From assembly GCF_009914755.1 (NCBI RefSeq), contig NC_060926.1: a DNA stretch of 64,000 nucleotides; one strand, given 5' to 3'. Origin of the DNA: the human T2T-CHM13v2.0 reference genome, Homo sapiens. The notes under the pieces were generated by a model. It worked only from the letters and a program-made list of their open reading frames with translations. It was not told the DNA's origin and did not search any database. The first letter of the stretch is position 1. Every line of letters begins with the position of its first letter. Position numbers and translations under genes: made by a program. Shown one piece after another: positions 30,720 to 48,866 of this stretch.

Positions 30720-30858
30720 TATATTCTATTCACCATGGCAGACCACATTATGGGCCATGCACCTATCTTAGCAAGTTTAAAACAACAGAAACTACACAAT
30801 ATCTGCTCTCAGACTACAATAGAATTAAATCAGAAATTGATAAAAGAAAGATAGCTAG
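30720..30858 (+). mobile_element. L1 ORF2 endonuclease-end fragment; inverted continuation of the L1MC1-like element
   Basis: CTCTCAGACTACAATAGAATTAAATCAGAAATTGATAAAAGAAAGATAGCTAG ends exactly where the minus-strand L1 begins at 26866. Confidence 0.85.
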
Positions 30859-31145
<287 letters not shown>

Positions 31146-31491
31146 TCATTATTTTGTTGTAAATCCAATATTGTTTTAAATTATTTAAATGTCACTTTAA
31201 ATGTTGTTATAAATCCAGTTCTCTTCACTCCGCATCAAACAAGGCAAGGTGTGATCACACAGACTATTTGGGGGTGGGTGGCTGTGGGTCGTCATCTCCA
31301 CAGTGCTTGGTTTCTCTTCTCAAATCTACAGCTTGGAGTAGGTTGATTTCCCTGCCTGTTTCCCAGGGAAGCGTTGCACTACCCATATGGCAGCTTTCTC
31401 ATACTCCCTGTCTGCATTCCTCTGTTTCCCTAAATGAATGGAATATCTTGGATGAACTACTGCAAGGTCCTTTGGGTCTCTCCCACACAGT

Positions 31492-31876
<385 letters not shown>

Positions 31877-32289
31877 TGAGAATGGAGGGTATAAAAGAGA
31901 AGGGAAGTGTACAAAAAATGCACAAAGTGCATAAATAAATATCCAAGGGATTTAGAGGGTGGATTAAATGCCAGCTTTTGTTCTTCCTATGTTTTGTGTG
32001 TCTGAGCCCAAGGACAAAACCTAGATGGAAGAATCAAGCTTGCTTACTTACATCCAGCACTCAGAAGGCAAAGCTGGGGTTCGTACCAGGAGCTGTAGCT
32101 TGGGTGCTTTCCTCAAAATGGTTATATCTGCCTCATAATCAGATCCCAATTTATCTGTCTATTGATTGCCTGTTGGTCGTAGTTTTCAGTGCTGCTGCAA
32201 GATCTGGTTATTTTCTTCATCTTCGTGGACAAAACACTGGAGGCAGTATTTTGAGGACTGCTACTCCTTCCCATGCTATTCAATAAATC

Positions 32290-32840
32290 TCCCCCAGTTC
32301 AGTCAGAAACACTGAGAAGTTACCCTGTGCCAAGCCCTGGATCAGGTGGCACAGGCTCCATGATCATTGTGTATGGGTGAGCTCATAGTCTAGAGCCAGT
32401 GCCAGCCGTGGGACTCGGTTAATGCCTCAGCAAACCTCCTGGCTCTCTGCCCCCCACCCCCTTCGCCCTTCGCTGACTTTCCCTTCATGACCCTGGTCTT
32501 TCCGTTGTGCCCGTTTCTATTTGCATAGACAAATACTTTAGCTATGCACCTATCTTGATTCTAGAAACTTAGGCTGTGTTTCAAGAAATGGATTGTTGTG
32601 GTCTCCATTTTGCCTCTGGAGCAGTGCATAGTCCACAGGGAGGCAGCATAGTCCACAAGCCAGGGTCCATGCTGAATTCCAGATAGAGATAGCAGCTGTG
32701 TGGCCTTGAGCTTCATGTCTCCAGCTCCCTCATCTGTCAAATGGGGATAATAATGTGCACCTGATAGAATTTTGTGGTAAGAAAATGAGAGGAAATATAT
32801 TACAACACAAAGCACAGTCCCTGAAACAAAATGAAAGCTG
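32290..32840. mobile_element. L2 fragment (minus, about 32290-32400) and MIR (plus, about 32620-32840)
   Basis: ACTGAGAAGTTACCCTGTGCCAAGCCCTG; CCTCATCTGTCAAATGGGGATAATAAT. Confidence 0.65.
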
Positions 32841-32906
32841 TATAATACTCTTTTTCTTCCCCATCTTATACATAATGTGAAAACATTCCCTAAAAAACTT
32901 GGTTTT

Positions 32907-33367
<461 letters not shown>

Positions 33368-33381
33368 CTAAAGTTAGTCTA

Positions 33382-33707
<326 letters not shown>

Positions 33708-33919
33708 TGAGTATGTGATGTGCATATGCTCGTGCACACTTGCATGCCTGTCTTGGAGAAAAGAAATGACTCAGTTAAATTTGATTCGGATAATTGTCTA
33801 ATAAATTAGTCTTTAATCAATCAGCAGGTCTTCCTAAAACCCTCACTTGCTCTAGATGCCAAGAGGCACAGATTGATAGAAAATATATCTTCTGCCTACA
33901 AGGATTTGCTGGTCAAAAC

Positions 33920-34400
33920 TCTTTAAATTAGCTTAGGCACAAGGGTAAAATGTATTGGCTCAGGGAGAAAGACTATAGAAAGAGTAGGTTCAGCTGGATC
34001 CAGGGCTTAAACCGCCAGGACTCTCATACTGTCCTTGGGGCTCTGTTCTTATCTCCTTGCTAGCTTTGTTTTCTTAGACTGGCTTCTCCATAAGATAAGG
34101 GATGTGGCCGTGGGCAGTCCCAGCATTACATCCACACCGTGTGCAACCACAGCTCTCCTTTCCAAGTTTGAATGATAAAAATCTAACAAGAAAACTCTGA
34201 TTGGCCAGGCTTAGGTCATGTGTCAATTCCCGGCCCAAACCAAGCCCTTGGGAGTTAATACTCCACTTGTGTCACCTGCATTCACTGGTGGCCAGAACAC
34301 AGAGTATCACAAATGGCAGACTCATGTGGCTAGGGGGCAGTTTCCCGGAAGAAGGATGTTGCTATTATGAGCAGATGAGATAAATAATTACCTACGACAC
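33920..34400 (-). mobile_element. MLT1K/L-like LTR
   Basis: CTGGATCCAGGGCTTAAAC...GATTGGCCAGGCTTAGGTCATGTG. Confidence 0.65.
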
Positions 34401-34959
34401 AGATGCATGCTAAATTTTGCAGTGGAGGAAATTAAGTCAGTGAAATAGTAAGTCGGTATTTTTTGAATTCTATTTTGATGGTGTCGGTGATATATTTATA
34501 TAACTTTTACCCAGTTGGAACAAGCTATTTGCTTTTTGATAATATAAATGAACCACTTTAGTCAAAGTTTCATAAAAAAGGTATATTGATCCAGTTATTT
34601 TCAGCAAATTACTGTGGTTTTACAGCTCAATGCATGCCCATGAGATGAGTATTTTCTCATTTACTTTATAGTAACCTTTGTTAAGAGACTTATTAAGTCA
34701 TAGCTTGTGGTACAAAGAATTTAAGTCATCTCTCCTCTCTATTCCACAAATGTCTAGGGCTTCTTTCTTTTTTGACCACTAATGCCTATAATTTCCAGTA
34801 TTAATATCTTCTGACATGAACACGATAACATGAATCTACTAGATATAAACAGATGTAACAGCCATGGAATCCATTAGTGATGCTTTCAGAAAAAGAAATT
34901 TGGGATCCCAGGATCTGTCCCAACATTTGTAATATCTTGGGATAGGACCAGAAATTATG

Positions 34960-35560
34960 CAAGACTAAATAGAAGGCATGGATGGTCTTGGACTTACATA
35001 TGGACTCAACTTACTGAGGTGGTGGTGAAATGGGGAGAGAGTGAATGAGTCAAGAATTGCAGAGACAAGATCAAGAGGCCTTGGCAACTGCTTGGGAAGG
35101 GGAACAAAGTAGAGGGAGGAGCCTGAGATGACACTGAAGTGGGGTGGAGGAGCAACTCACAGAACTAGGAGACAGGGAGGGGAAGCAGGTTGGAGGAAGA
35201 GTCCATTCCAGACACGGTGAAGACGAGCTACCAGGATTTGTTGGTAATATGGGAGATTTGTTGGTAATGCGAGATTGAAGCTCAGGAGAGAAAACAGATA
35301 CTGGCTGAGCCATGATGGCGAGTAAGATCAGCAAGTCAAAAAGTGTAGAGAGAGAAGAGAAGACAAAGGAACTTTGAGGAACACTCCCTTAGTGACTGGA
35401 GGAAGTACTTGGAGCCAGAGAAAGAAGCAGAGAAGGAGCATCAGAGAGAATGCAGACACTGGAGAATGCCGTGTCGCATTAAAGAGCTTTGGAAGGAGAG
35501 TGGCCCATGGTGTCAAATGTGAAGAGGAGCCTGAGAAGGAGTCCCTGAAGCCAAACTGGA
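34960..35560 (-). mobile_element. L2 fragment
   Basis: Purine-rich L2 body (GAAGCTCAGGAGAG...GTGTCAAATGT). Confidence 0.65.
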
Positions 35561-35579
35561 AAGTCTCTGCTAGGTTGGT

Positions 35580-35967
35580 GCAATGGACTGAAAGTGTGTG
35601 TCCCCCCACCCCACAAATTCTTATGTTGAAGCTCTAATCCCAGTGTGATGATATTAGCAGTTTGTGCCTTTAGGAGGTGATAAGGTCATGAAGGTGGAAC
35701 CCTCATGAATGGGATTTGTGCCCTTATAAGAAAAGGTCAGAGAGTTAATACACTCTCCCTCGTGAGGATGTAAGAAGTCAGCTGTCTGTCACTGGAGGAA
35801 ACCCTCACCCGAACCCAACCATGCCAGCACCTGTTCTCTGATTTCCGGCCTCCAGAACTGTTAAATTTGATTCAGATAATTTAAGAAAACTGTGAGAAAT
35901 AAATTTCTGTTATTTATAAGCCACCCAGTATATTACTCTTCATTACAGCAGCCCAAAGGGACTAAGA
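35580..35967 (+). mobile_element. MLT1A/A0-like LTR containing a 32-bp insertion
   Basis: TGCAATGGACTGAA...GGGATTTGTGCCCTTATAAG...ACTGTGAGAAATAAATTTCTG...GACTAAGA. Confidence 0.88.
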
Positions 35968-36091
35968 AGGTTGGGCTTCCCTCATTTAGGAGAGATTCCT
36001 CAGAAGCAGTCTTGTGCAGTCGACTTATTCCAGAAGACATCTCTGAGGGTGTGGGGGGCAGCAGGACGGGGAAAGGTGTAGTACACTGGAA

Positions 36092-36626
36092 GAGGCATAT
36101 CATGGCTATAAGATTAATGGCAGCCATAAGGCCCACTCATGCATCTTGCAGGGCTGGTACTACTGGTCACTTGGTAGTATGCTACAACCTGACCTGGAGA
36201 TTTCCAACTCTGGTCCATGGATTTCCAGGAGACAAGGCCACCTCAGCATAGATGCAACTTTCATAAATCATAAAACAAAGCTTACTCTTACAAGAATAGC
36301 TTCAACTCCATTTATGAAAGAAACACTTTGTAACTGAGGTAATTGACCTGGACTGAATGCAGGTATAAGAAAGGGGGAAGGATCCCCCAAACTCTGAGAA
36401 CAGTCTCCAGATGGAGACCCTCTCTGTCATTTGTCATCTGATCCCCTGACTGTATCTAGCCCATGCCACCAGCCTGCTCCTGTCTTATAAAAGTGCTGCC
36501 AGAATAAATTCCTTGAGCATTAGACAGTGTCTAAGACTCATGTCTGATGCAAATCTAACTGAAGGGGAAATATCACTCTTGGAGAAGCTGGTTAACTCAG
36601 ACCACTCGAAAACCCCCAACACAACA
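36092..36626 (+). mobile_element. ERVL-type solo LTR (MER54/MER74 group, tentative), inside an older LTR fragment at about 35970-36713
   Basis: TATA-like GGTATAAGAA, AATAAA at about 36503 and a CA end; the flanking older LTR-like text resumes after it. Confidence 0.5.
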
Positions 36627-36758
36627 AAAGCACAGCAGGTAAGCAAGGTGCAATTTCCAGCAAGTCCCAAGGAGGGGAGCTCCAGGCTGACCCTGCAGTG
36701 GGTGCTCTGGGCTTGCATTAGTCAAGGTTCTCCAGAGAAACAGAACTAATAGGATATA

Positions 36759-37481
<723 letters not shown>

Positions 37482-38021
37482 TGTCTGTCTCTGTCTCTCT
37501 CTCTCTCTGTATACATATATGTGGAAATTTATTATAATAATTGGCTCACATGATTATGGAGGCCAAGAAGTCCCACAATTTGTTGTTTGCATCGTGGAGA
37601 ACCAGGAAAACCAGTGTTGTAATTCAGTCTGAGTCCAAAGGCCTGAGAACAGTGGAGACAATGTTGTAACATATAATCCAAGTCCAAAGGTCTAAGAAGT
37701 AGGGGGCAGTTGGTATAAGTCCCAAAGTCCAAAGGTCTGATAACCAAGAGCTCTGATGTCCAAGGGCAATGGATGTTCCACTTCAAGAGAGAGATAATGC
37801 CCTCTTCCTCTGCCTTTTTGTTCTATCTGAGCCCTCAATGAATAGATTAATGCCCATTCACATTGAGTGAGGTTGGATCTTCTTTACTCAGTCTGTGATT
37901 CAAATGCTAATCTGTTTACCAGCTCTCTGTTTTACCAGCTATCTGGGCATCCCTTAGCCCAGTCAAGTTGACACCCAACATTAATCATCACAAAGTTGTC
38001 TTAGTGCATTTTAGTGTGTTA

Positions 38022-38342
<321 letters not shown>

Positions 38343-38589
38343 AAGGTAGTGAATGAAACAGAACAACACCCCAGGGTAGAGAACAGTACCCTGGGGAAGC
38401 CTCCATCCTTCCTAGCTGAGCAAACAAGGCAATCTTGACTTGCCAGCAATGTGAGACAGGGAGAGAAGATCCCCTATTCTCTTGTACTGGGTTCCATCCC
38501 ATCTCCACAATGCCTGGCAAAAGTGCTAATGGAAAGGTCTGAAGCTTTCTGTGCCATGCTTTGCCCATGAGCAATAATTACAAATGTGT

Positions 38590-39460
38590 ATGGCCCAGGG
38601 CAGTTTCCAGAGCATTTTCCTGGATTTTCTAATTTAATGGCTGTGACAACCCCATGACATCAATGTTATTATTGCACCTTTATGAATGAGGAAACAGGCT
38701 CTGATAAGTAACTTGCCAATCTCCAAAGTGAAACATTGGAAGAACTGAAATGCAGACTCCAAGTCCCCAGCTGTAGCAAACTTAGTTAAAATGAGGGGTT
38801 GGGGTGAGATCTGAGGGGTATATGCAGGAGGCCTAGTTCCAAGAGCAATTTTTAATTTCCTGCTTTCATTTGATGATAATGTCAAAAATCGTTTAAACCA
38901 TTTCTAAAGACAATATGTGAGCTTTTCTCAAACTGGGGGACAAGGACCTTGGGGTCCACAAAATGAGTTTCAGGGATTTTGTGAATTTTTTTTTCTGTTT
39001 AAAACAATTGTAAATTGTATTTAAGTTTGAGAAGCACTAGATTAGATGCCCTCGAAGAGGGGATCCAGCTCTAATATGCATTTCATAGATTTACTGTCAA
39101 GTAGGAACTGGGTGACTTGTTAGATTCTTTCAACATCTATTCATTTATTCATTTTTTTTTTTTTTTTGGTTAACCATTTATTGAATGCCTAGTATGCTTT
39201 GGGATTAAAGATGTTGGAAAAAATTAGACTGTATTCCTGGCTTTGTGGAGCAATGTCCAGTGAGTGAGCAAGATGTGAGGGAAAAACTAAGATACACATA
39301 CACAAAAATGATATAATGCCCTATGTATTGCAATGGAAGAATTTACAGGGTAATATTATGCACAGGAGGTTGAGGAATTGGTTATGCCTCAAGGAGGAGC
39401 TATCGGTGGGGTGAAAGGCACAGCCATGGTTAGTGGAGGAATGAAAGGATGAGTAGCAGT
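38590..39460 (-). mobile_element. MIR (about 38590-38770) and L2 (about 39135-39460) fragments
   Basis: TTTATGAATGAGGAAACAGGCTC; TTCATTTATTCATT...CATTTATTGAATGCCTAGTATG. Confidence 0.65.
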
Positions 39461-39468
39461 GTTGGGGC

Positions 39469-39599
39469 CAGGGCCAGGGTGAAGCAAGTGAGGAAACTGG
39501 GGGACGATTTAAGGATGTGCTCCCTCTCAGGTATCAAGCCTGCACTTGTGTGACCCTGAGAGTGGGTGCCTTAATCACCTCACCTTAGACCCAGCTCTG
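39469..39599. mobile_element. MER96-like hAT DNA transposon
   Basis: CAGGGCCAGGGTGAAGCAAGTGAGG...CACCTCACCTTAGACCCAGCTCTG imperfect terminal inverted repeats. Confidence 0.7.
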
Positions 39600-39960
39600 A
39601 GTGATGTAATGGAACTCTGTTGTCGCCTACCCAGATCCCTTTATGTGAGTAAGACATCCATCCCCCAGCTGCTGTGGAGTTGGCCGCTAACAGCTCATGG
39701 CTGACTTTTTCTCCAGAGAATTGCCCTCAGCCAAATGGGAGCTGTCTCACTTCGGACATCATTTCCCTTCCCATTCCCCATTCATGAGTAGCCCATAGCC
39801 AAAGAAGAGAAATTGCTAGCATGACAGTGTCAGGGGCACTGTGGACCCACTCCTCAGTGAAACTGGTGACAATTATTTTAAAAAAAAAACCATTTAAAAT
39901 ATCTGGAAATGGTCCCAAGGACATATAGCAAATGAAGAAATATTTATTTAAGAAAATATA

Positions 39961-40266
<306 letters not shown>

Positions 40267-40621
40267 ATGAAAATATAATAAAATTTGACATGAAAAGCAA
40301 GAGTCTGTTATATTTGAACCCAGACATGCTCCCTCCCTCCACCTTCCCAACTCAGTGAGATGGAAACTCCACTCCAGACTGGTTTAGCAAAGAACATAGG
40401 GCTCCTTCTCTCCCCAGTTCCCAGTTGGAGGTAAAGGGCATCAGTATTTCTCATCTGGCCTTCAGTTACCTATCCCAAATATCCCAAGTAAGTGTGGCTG
40501 ACTGGTGGGGGCTCCTGTCTTCCTCTCAGCTTGCACTCATGGGGTGGAGACTACCTTGGGCAGTAGTACCCACTGAGAATACTGGGACCCCAATTTCCCT
40601 CACTCCAGCTTATAAGGCAGT

Positions 40622-41062
<441 letters not shown>

Positions 41063-42329
41063 TTATAAATGTAATATGTATAATAATAATACCACAAAAA
41101 AGAGAAAAGGGAATAGAGCTATATAGGAATAATGTTTCTATATCTCATTGGAATTAAGTTAGCATAAACCTAAATTTGTCCCTGAAGTTTTGTTGCATAT
41201 AATGAGCCCTAGAATAACCACTAAGGAAATAACTCAAAATATATAGTAAAAATCATTAAAGTAATTATATGGCTGCATTAAAAACATGCATTTGAGGCAT
41301 TAAATGAGTATTTAATGAATATATAATACATCAAATGAATATTTAAATGATTAAAGCTGTAAAGGAGGAATAGAGGAACAAAAAACATATGACACATAGA
41401 AAACAAAAAAGTCAAATGGCATGCATAAATCCAACTATATAAATAAAAACATTAAACGTGAATGAATTAGACAATACAATCAAAAGAAAAAATCATCAGA
41501 CTGGATTAAAGAAAGCAAGATCTAACTATATGCTGTCCACAGGAGAAATATTTTGATTCAAAGATACAAATAGATTGAAAGTAAAAGATTAAGAAAATAT
41601 ATAGCATGCAAGTAGCAACCACAAGAAAGCTGGAGTGGGTATACTACTACCAGATTAAATAGAGTTTAAAATTTAAAAACATTAGTAGAGATTTTAAAAA
41701 GGATCATTATAAAATGTCAGTCCATGAGGAAGATATAACAACTATAGACATATATGTACCTAGTTACAGAGCACCAAAATATATGTGACAAAAATGGACA
41801 GAAATGAAGGGAGAAATAGGAAATTCAATAATACTTGGAGACTTCTATACTCTATTTACAATAATAAATAGAACAACTAGGCCAGAAGACTGAGAAGGAA
41901 GTAGAATACTTAACACTCTAAAACTAAGAGGCATTTATGTAACATTCCATTCAACAACACCAGAATATATATTCTTCTTAAGAGTACATGGATTCCTCTC
42001 CATGATAGACCATCTGCTGAGCCATAAAATAAACCTCAATAAGTTTAAAAGAATAGAACTAATACAAAGTATGTTCTCCCATCACGATGGAATGATGTTA
42101 AAAAGTGAAAACAGAAACTCAGGAAACTCACAATTATGTGGAAATTTTAAAAACACAATCCTAAATAACCAATAGATCAAAGAAAAAATCCAAAGGGAAA
42201 TTAGACAATGCTCTGAGATGAATGAAAATGAAGACACAACATTTCCAAACTTATGAGATGCAGCTAAAATAGTGCTTAGAAGGAAGTTTATAGTTGTAAA
42301 TACCTACATTAAGAAATAAGAAAGATCTT

Positions 42330-42844
<515 letters not shown>

Positions 42845-43688
42845 TCACATTCCATCTTAAGACACTAAAAAAAGAAGATCAAACTAAACCCCAAAAAAGC
42901 AGGAGGAAGGAAATATTGAATATTAGACCAGAAATCAATAAAATAGAGAATAGAAAAATTGCAAAATCACTTAAACCACAATTTGGTTTTTTGAAAGATC
43001 GACAAAACTGACAAACTTTAGCTAGATTAATCAAGGAAAAAAGAAAGAAGACTGAAGTGATCAGAATCAGAAATAAAAGAGGAAACATTATTACTGACCA
43101 CATAGAAATAAATAGCATTGTAAAGGAATACTATGAACTGTTATATGCCAATAAATTAGATATCTTAGGTGAAATGGACACATTTCTGAAAAGACACAAA
43201 CTACCAAAACAGACTCAAAAAGAAATAGACAATCTACATAGATCTATAACAAATAAAGAGATTGAATTAGTAGTATAAAACTGCACACAAAGAAAAGCCC
43301 AGGCCCAGAGAGCCACTCTGCTAATCCTATCAAACATTTATAAAAAACAGTACCAAGGCTTCACAGACTTTTCCAAAAATAGAAGAGAACACTTCCCAAC
43401 TAATTCTGTGAGGCCAATATTACCCTGATACCAAAACCAAAGACATCAAAAGAAAAGAAAGCTACAGGCCAGTATCTTTTATAAATATGGACACAAAAAT
43501 GCACAACAAAAAAGCAGACTCTGGAAGCATATAAAAAGAATTATATACCATGACCAAGTGAGATTTATCCCAGGAATGAAAGGTTGGTTTAACATTCAAA
43601 ACGTGATATACCATATCAATAGTAAAAAAACAAAACCACATAATTGTCTCAATAAACACAGAAAAAGCATTTGACAAAAGTCAAACAC

Positions 43689-44065
43689 GCATGCCTCTAT
43701 CATAACATCTCATGTACCTCATAAATATATACACCTACTATTTAGTACCCACAAAACTTAAAAATAAAAACCTTAGGGCCAGGCACAGTGGCTCATGCCT
43801 GTTATCCCAACACTTTGGGAGCTTGAGACAGGAGGATTGCTTGAGTTCAGGGGTTCAAGACAAGCCTGGGCAAAATAGTGAGACTCTGTCTCTACAAAAA
43901 ATAAAAACCAGGCATGGTGGCACATGCCTGTGGGTCCAGCCACTCAGGAGTCTGAGGCGGGAGGATCGTTTGAGCCTAGGAGGCTGAGCCTGCAGTGAGC
44001 CGTGATCGTGACACTGTACTCCAGCCTGGGCAACAGAGCAAGACCCTGCCTTAGAAAAAAAAAAA
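43689..44065 (+). mobile_element. Short L1MA/PB-type 3' tip (43689-43775) with an AluJ (43777-44065) in its tail
   Basis: CATCTCATGTACCTCATAAATATATACACCTACT; outer TSD AAAAGTC(A/C)AACAC. Confidence 0.85.
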
Positions 44066-44499
44066 AGTCCAACACCCTTTTATAATAAAAACACTAAAAA
44101 ACTGGGAATAGAAGGCAACTAAACCTGATAAAGAGCATCTACAGGAAACCACAATTAACATCATGGTGAAAGACTGTGTGCTTTGCTTTCCTCCTGAGAT
44201 CAGGAACAAGATAAAAATGCCTACTTTTACCATGTCTATTCAACATTGTACTGGAGATTTTAGCCAGAGCAATTAGGCAAGAACAAGAAATAAAAGGCGT
44301 CCAGGTTGGATAGGGAGTAAAACTATCTTTATTCACAGATCTTATATATATTAATAGAAACCCTAAGGAATCTACTAAAGAACTATTAGAACTAATAATT
44401 GAATTCAGCATGGTTACAGGATATAACATAAGAAAAAGATCAACTGTATTTTTATATACTCGCATTGAACAATCCAAAAATGAAATTAAAAACAATTTT

Positions 44500-44813
44500 G
44501 TCAGGCATGGTGGGACATGCTTATAATTCAGTGCTTTGGAAGGCTGAGACAAAGAATTGTTTCTGGCCAGGAGTTTAAGATGAGCATAGACATCTTAGCA
44601 AGATCCCATCTCTACAAAAATAAATAAATAAATACACAAAAAATTAGCCAGATGTAGTGGCATGTGCCTGTAGTTTGGGCTACTTAGGAGGCTGAAGTGG
44701 GATGATTGCTTGAGCCCAGGAGGTTGAGGCTACAGTGAGCTATCACCATGGTACTGCACTCCAGCCTGGGTAATAGAGCAAGACCCTGTCTCAAAATGAA
44801 CAAACAAACAAAA
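44500..44813 (+). mobile_element. AluJ
   Basis: Diverged Alu; TSD AAAACAATTT. Confidence 0.9.
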
Positions 44814-45161
44814 CAATTTCAGTTAGCATAGCATCAAAAATAACACTCAGGAATAAATTTAACAAAACAAGTGCAAAACCTACACTCTGAAAACTAGAAA
44901 ATATTATTGAAGGAAATTCAAGATCTAAATAAGACAATGTTGTTAAGGTGACAATATTTCCCAAATTTATCTATAGATTCAATGCCTACCTGAATCCCCA
45001 TCTGAATCCCAGTAGACTTCATTGTAGAAATTAACAAGCTGATTCTAAAATTCATATGGAATTGCAAGGGACTCAGAATAGAACAATTTTGAAAAAAAAA
45101 GAACAACGTAAAAAGACTCAAATTTCCTAATTTCAAAACTTACTACAAAACAACATTAATC

Positions 45162-45450
45162 AGCTAGGCACAATGGCTCACATCTGTAGTCCTAGCATTT
45201 TGGGAGGCTGAAGTGGGAGGATTGCTTGAGCCCAGGAGTTCAAGATAAGCCTGGGCAACACGTGAGACTCTGTCTCTATAAAAAATACAAAAATTAGCTG
45301 AGTGTGGTGGTGCACACATATGATCCCAGCTACTTGGAGGGTGAGGTGGGAGGATCACTTGAGCCCAGGAGGCTGAGGCTGCAGTGAGCTGTGTTTGCAT
45401 CACTGCACTCCAGCCTGGCTGACAGCGTGGGACCCTGCCTCAAAACAAAA
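45162..45450 (+). mobile_element. AluJ
   Basis: TSD CAACATTAATCA. Confidence 0.92.
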
Positions 45451-45738
45451 CCCAACATTAATCAAGACAGTGTGGCACTGACAGAAGGATAGACATCGGG
45501 ATCAATAGAATAGAACTGACGGTCCATAAATAAATATGTCTATGGCCAACTGATTTTTGAAAAGAGTGCCAAGATCATTTAATGGGGAAAGAATAATCTT
45601 TTCAACAAATGGTGCTGGGACAATTGCATAGTCACATGCAAAAGAATAAACTTGGATGCTAACTTCACACCATATACAAAAATTAACTCAAAATGGATCA
45701 AAGACCTAAATGTAAAAGCTAAACCTATAAAACTCTCA

Positions 45739-46065
45739 GGCAGGTATGTTGTCTCATGCCTGTAATCCCAACACTTTGGGAGGCCAAGATGGGAGGATTG
45801 CATGAGGCCAGCAGTTCAAGACCAGGCTGGGAAACATAGTGAGACCCCTTTTCTACAAAAACAAAAACAAAAACAAAAAAAATTAACTAGCTGGGCATTG
45901 TGGTACACACCCGTAGTCGTAGCTACTCAGGAGGCTGAGGTGAGAGGATCACTTGAGTCCAAGAGTTCGAGGTGGCAGTGAGCTATGATCATGTTTTCCA
46001 GCCTAGGCAACAAAGCAAGATCCCATCTGTTAAGCAAACAAACAAACAAACAAACAAACAAAAAA
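45739..46065 (+). mobile_element. AluJ with an (AAAC)n tail
   Basis: TSD AAAACTCTCAG. Confidence 0.92.
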
Positions 46066-47189
46066 CTCTCAGAAGAAAACATAGGGGTAAATCTTCATGA
46101 CTTTGACTTGACAATGGATTCTTATATATGGCACCAAATGTGTGACCAATAAAAGAAAAAATAAATTAGACTTCATTAAAATGAAAAACTTTTGTGCTTC
46201 AAAGGACACCATCAAGAAAATTAAAATACCCACAGAATGGAGGAACATATTTGCAAATAATATGTCTGATAATGGACTTGTACTAGAATGTATAAAGAAT
46301 TCCTCCAGTTCAATAATAAAAAGATATTCCAATTATAAAATGGGCAATAAATCTAAACAGACATTTCTCCAAAGACGATATATGAATGGCTAATGAGCAC
46401 TTAGAAACATGCTCAACATCATTAGTCAGCAGGGGAATGCAAATCAAATCACAATAAGATACCACTTCACACCCACAAGGATGTCTAGAATCAAAAGTCC
46501 AGAGAAGAGCAGGTATTGGGGAGCATCTAGAGAAATCAGAATTCTCAAATGCTGCTCATTGGAATGTAAAATGGTATAGCCACTTTGGAAAACAGTCTGG
46601 CAGTTTTCTCAAACAATTATACAGAGAGTTACCATATAACTAAGAAATTTCACCTCTAAATATATACACAAGAGAAATGCAAACCTGTGTCTAGACAAAC
46701 ATACAAATTTTTATAGCAGCACTCTTCATAGCAGTCAGAAGGTAGACACAACCCAAATTTCTATCAACTGATGAATGAATAAATAAAATGTGGTATATCC
46801 ATACAGAGGAATATTATTTGGCCACAAAAAGGAATGAAATACATGCTACAACATGGATGAATCTTGAAAACATTATGCTAAGTGAAAGATGCCAGTCTTA
46901 AAAGACTGCATATTGTGTATGACTCCATTTATATGAAATGTTCACAGTAAGGAAATTTACAGTGACAGAAAGTAGATTAGTGGTTGCTTAGGGCTGGAAG
47001 GGATGGAGTATAGGGAGGTGATAATTAAGGGTACAGGGTTTCTTTTTGATGTGATGAAAATCTTCTAAAATTAATAGTGGTGATTGTTGCATATGTCTGT
47101 AAATATACTAAAACCATTAAAGTGTATCCTTTTAAATGGGTGAATTGTATGGTATATGTATATCTCAATAAAGATGTCTTTAAAAAGCC

Positions 47190-47508
<319 letters not shown>

Positions 47509-47852
47509 TCAAGGCAGGATCAGCACTGTAGTACAATTCACACTTCAGAGGTTCCTGAGTGGTCAGGCTGCTCAGGCTGAGACCACATCCTTGCCTAGCT
47601 CCTTCTCCCTGTTATCTAGCTTCCTCATTCCCTCTCTTCTGACGGCGTGGCCTTAACAAATCACATGCCCTCAATAATTCCATCTCAGGTTCCGCTTCCA
47701 GGGAACTTGATGATTGGTATTGAAATCAGTTCTAGGAAGCAGACTCTAAGAATGGAAATTGCTATGACATTCACCTGGGGTGAACTAGGATGGAATATAC
47801 AGATGGAATACACAGGCTCATATCACCTCTCTGGCATTTGAGAGTACAGGAG

Positions 47853-48050
47853 TGTATCAGGTATCTATTGCTATGTAACAAATCACCCCTAAACATAATG
47901 GCTTAAAAATGATAATTTATTATTTCTGACAATTCCGTCATAAATTCTGTTCCAACGATCGTCATGGCATGGGTTGACTGGCTAATTCTTCTACTCCACA
48001 TGGTATAGACTGGGGTAGGCGATGAACTGGTAGGTCAGCTGGGCTCAGCT
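47853..48050 (-). mobile_element. MLT1F/G/H-like LTR fragment
   Basis: TGTATCAGGTATCTATTGCTATGTAACAAATCACCCCTAAACATAATGGCTTAAAA. Confidence 0.7.
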
Positions 48051-48084
48051 GAAGTTAGTAGTCTATTTTCTTTTCTAAAATAGC

Positions 48085-48322
48085 CTGCTTGCTTGCTCTT
48101 TCTTTCTTTCTCTTTCCTTCTTTCTTCCTCCCTTCCTTTCTTCCTTCCTTCCTTCCTTTCTTCCTTCCTTCCTCTTTCTTTCTTTTCTTTCGTTCTCGTT
48201 CTTTCTTTCTTCCTTTCTTTTTCTTTCTTTCTTTCCTTCCTTCTCCTTCCTTCCTTCGTTCCTTTGTTCCTTCCCTCCTTCTTCCTTCTTCTCCCTTTCT
48301 TTTCTCTCTCTCTCTCTCTCTC
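48085..48322. repeat. (TTCC/TTTC/TC)n polypyrimidine tract (expanded AluJ tail)
   Basis: About 240 bp, almost only C and T. Confidence 0.95.
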
Positions 48323-48866
<544 letters not shown>

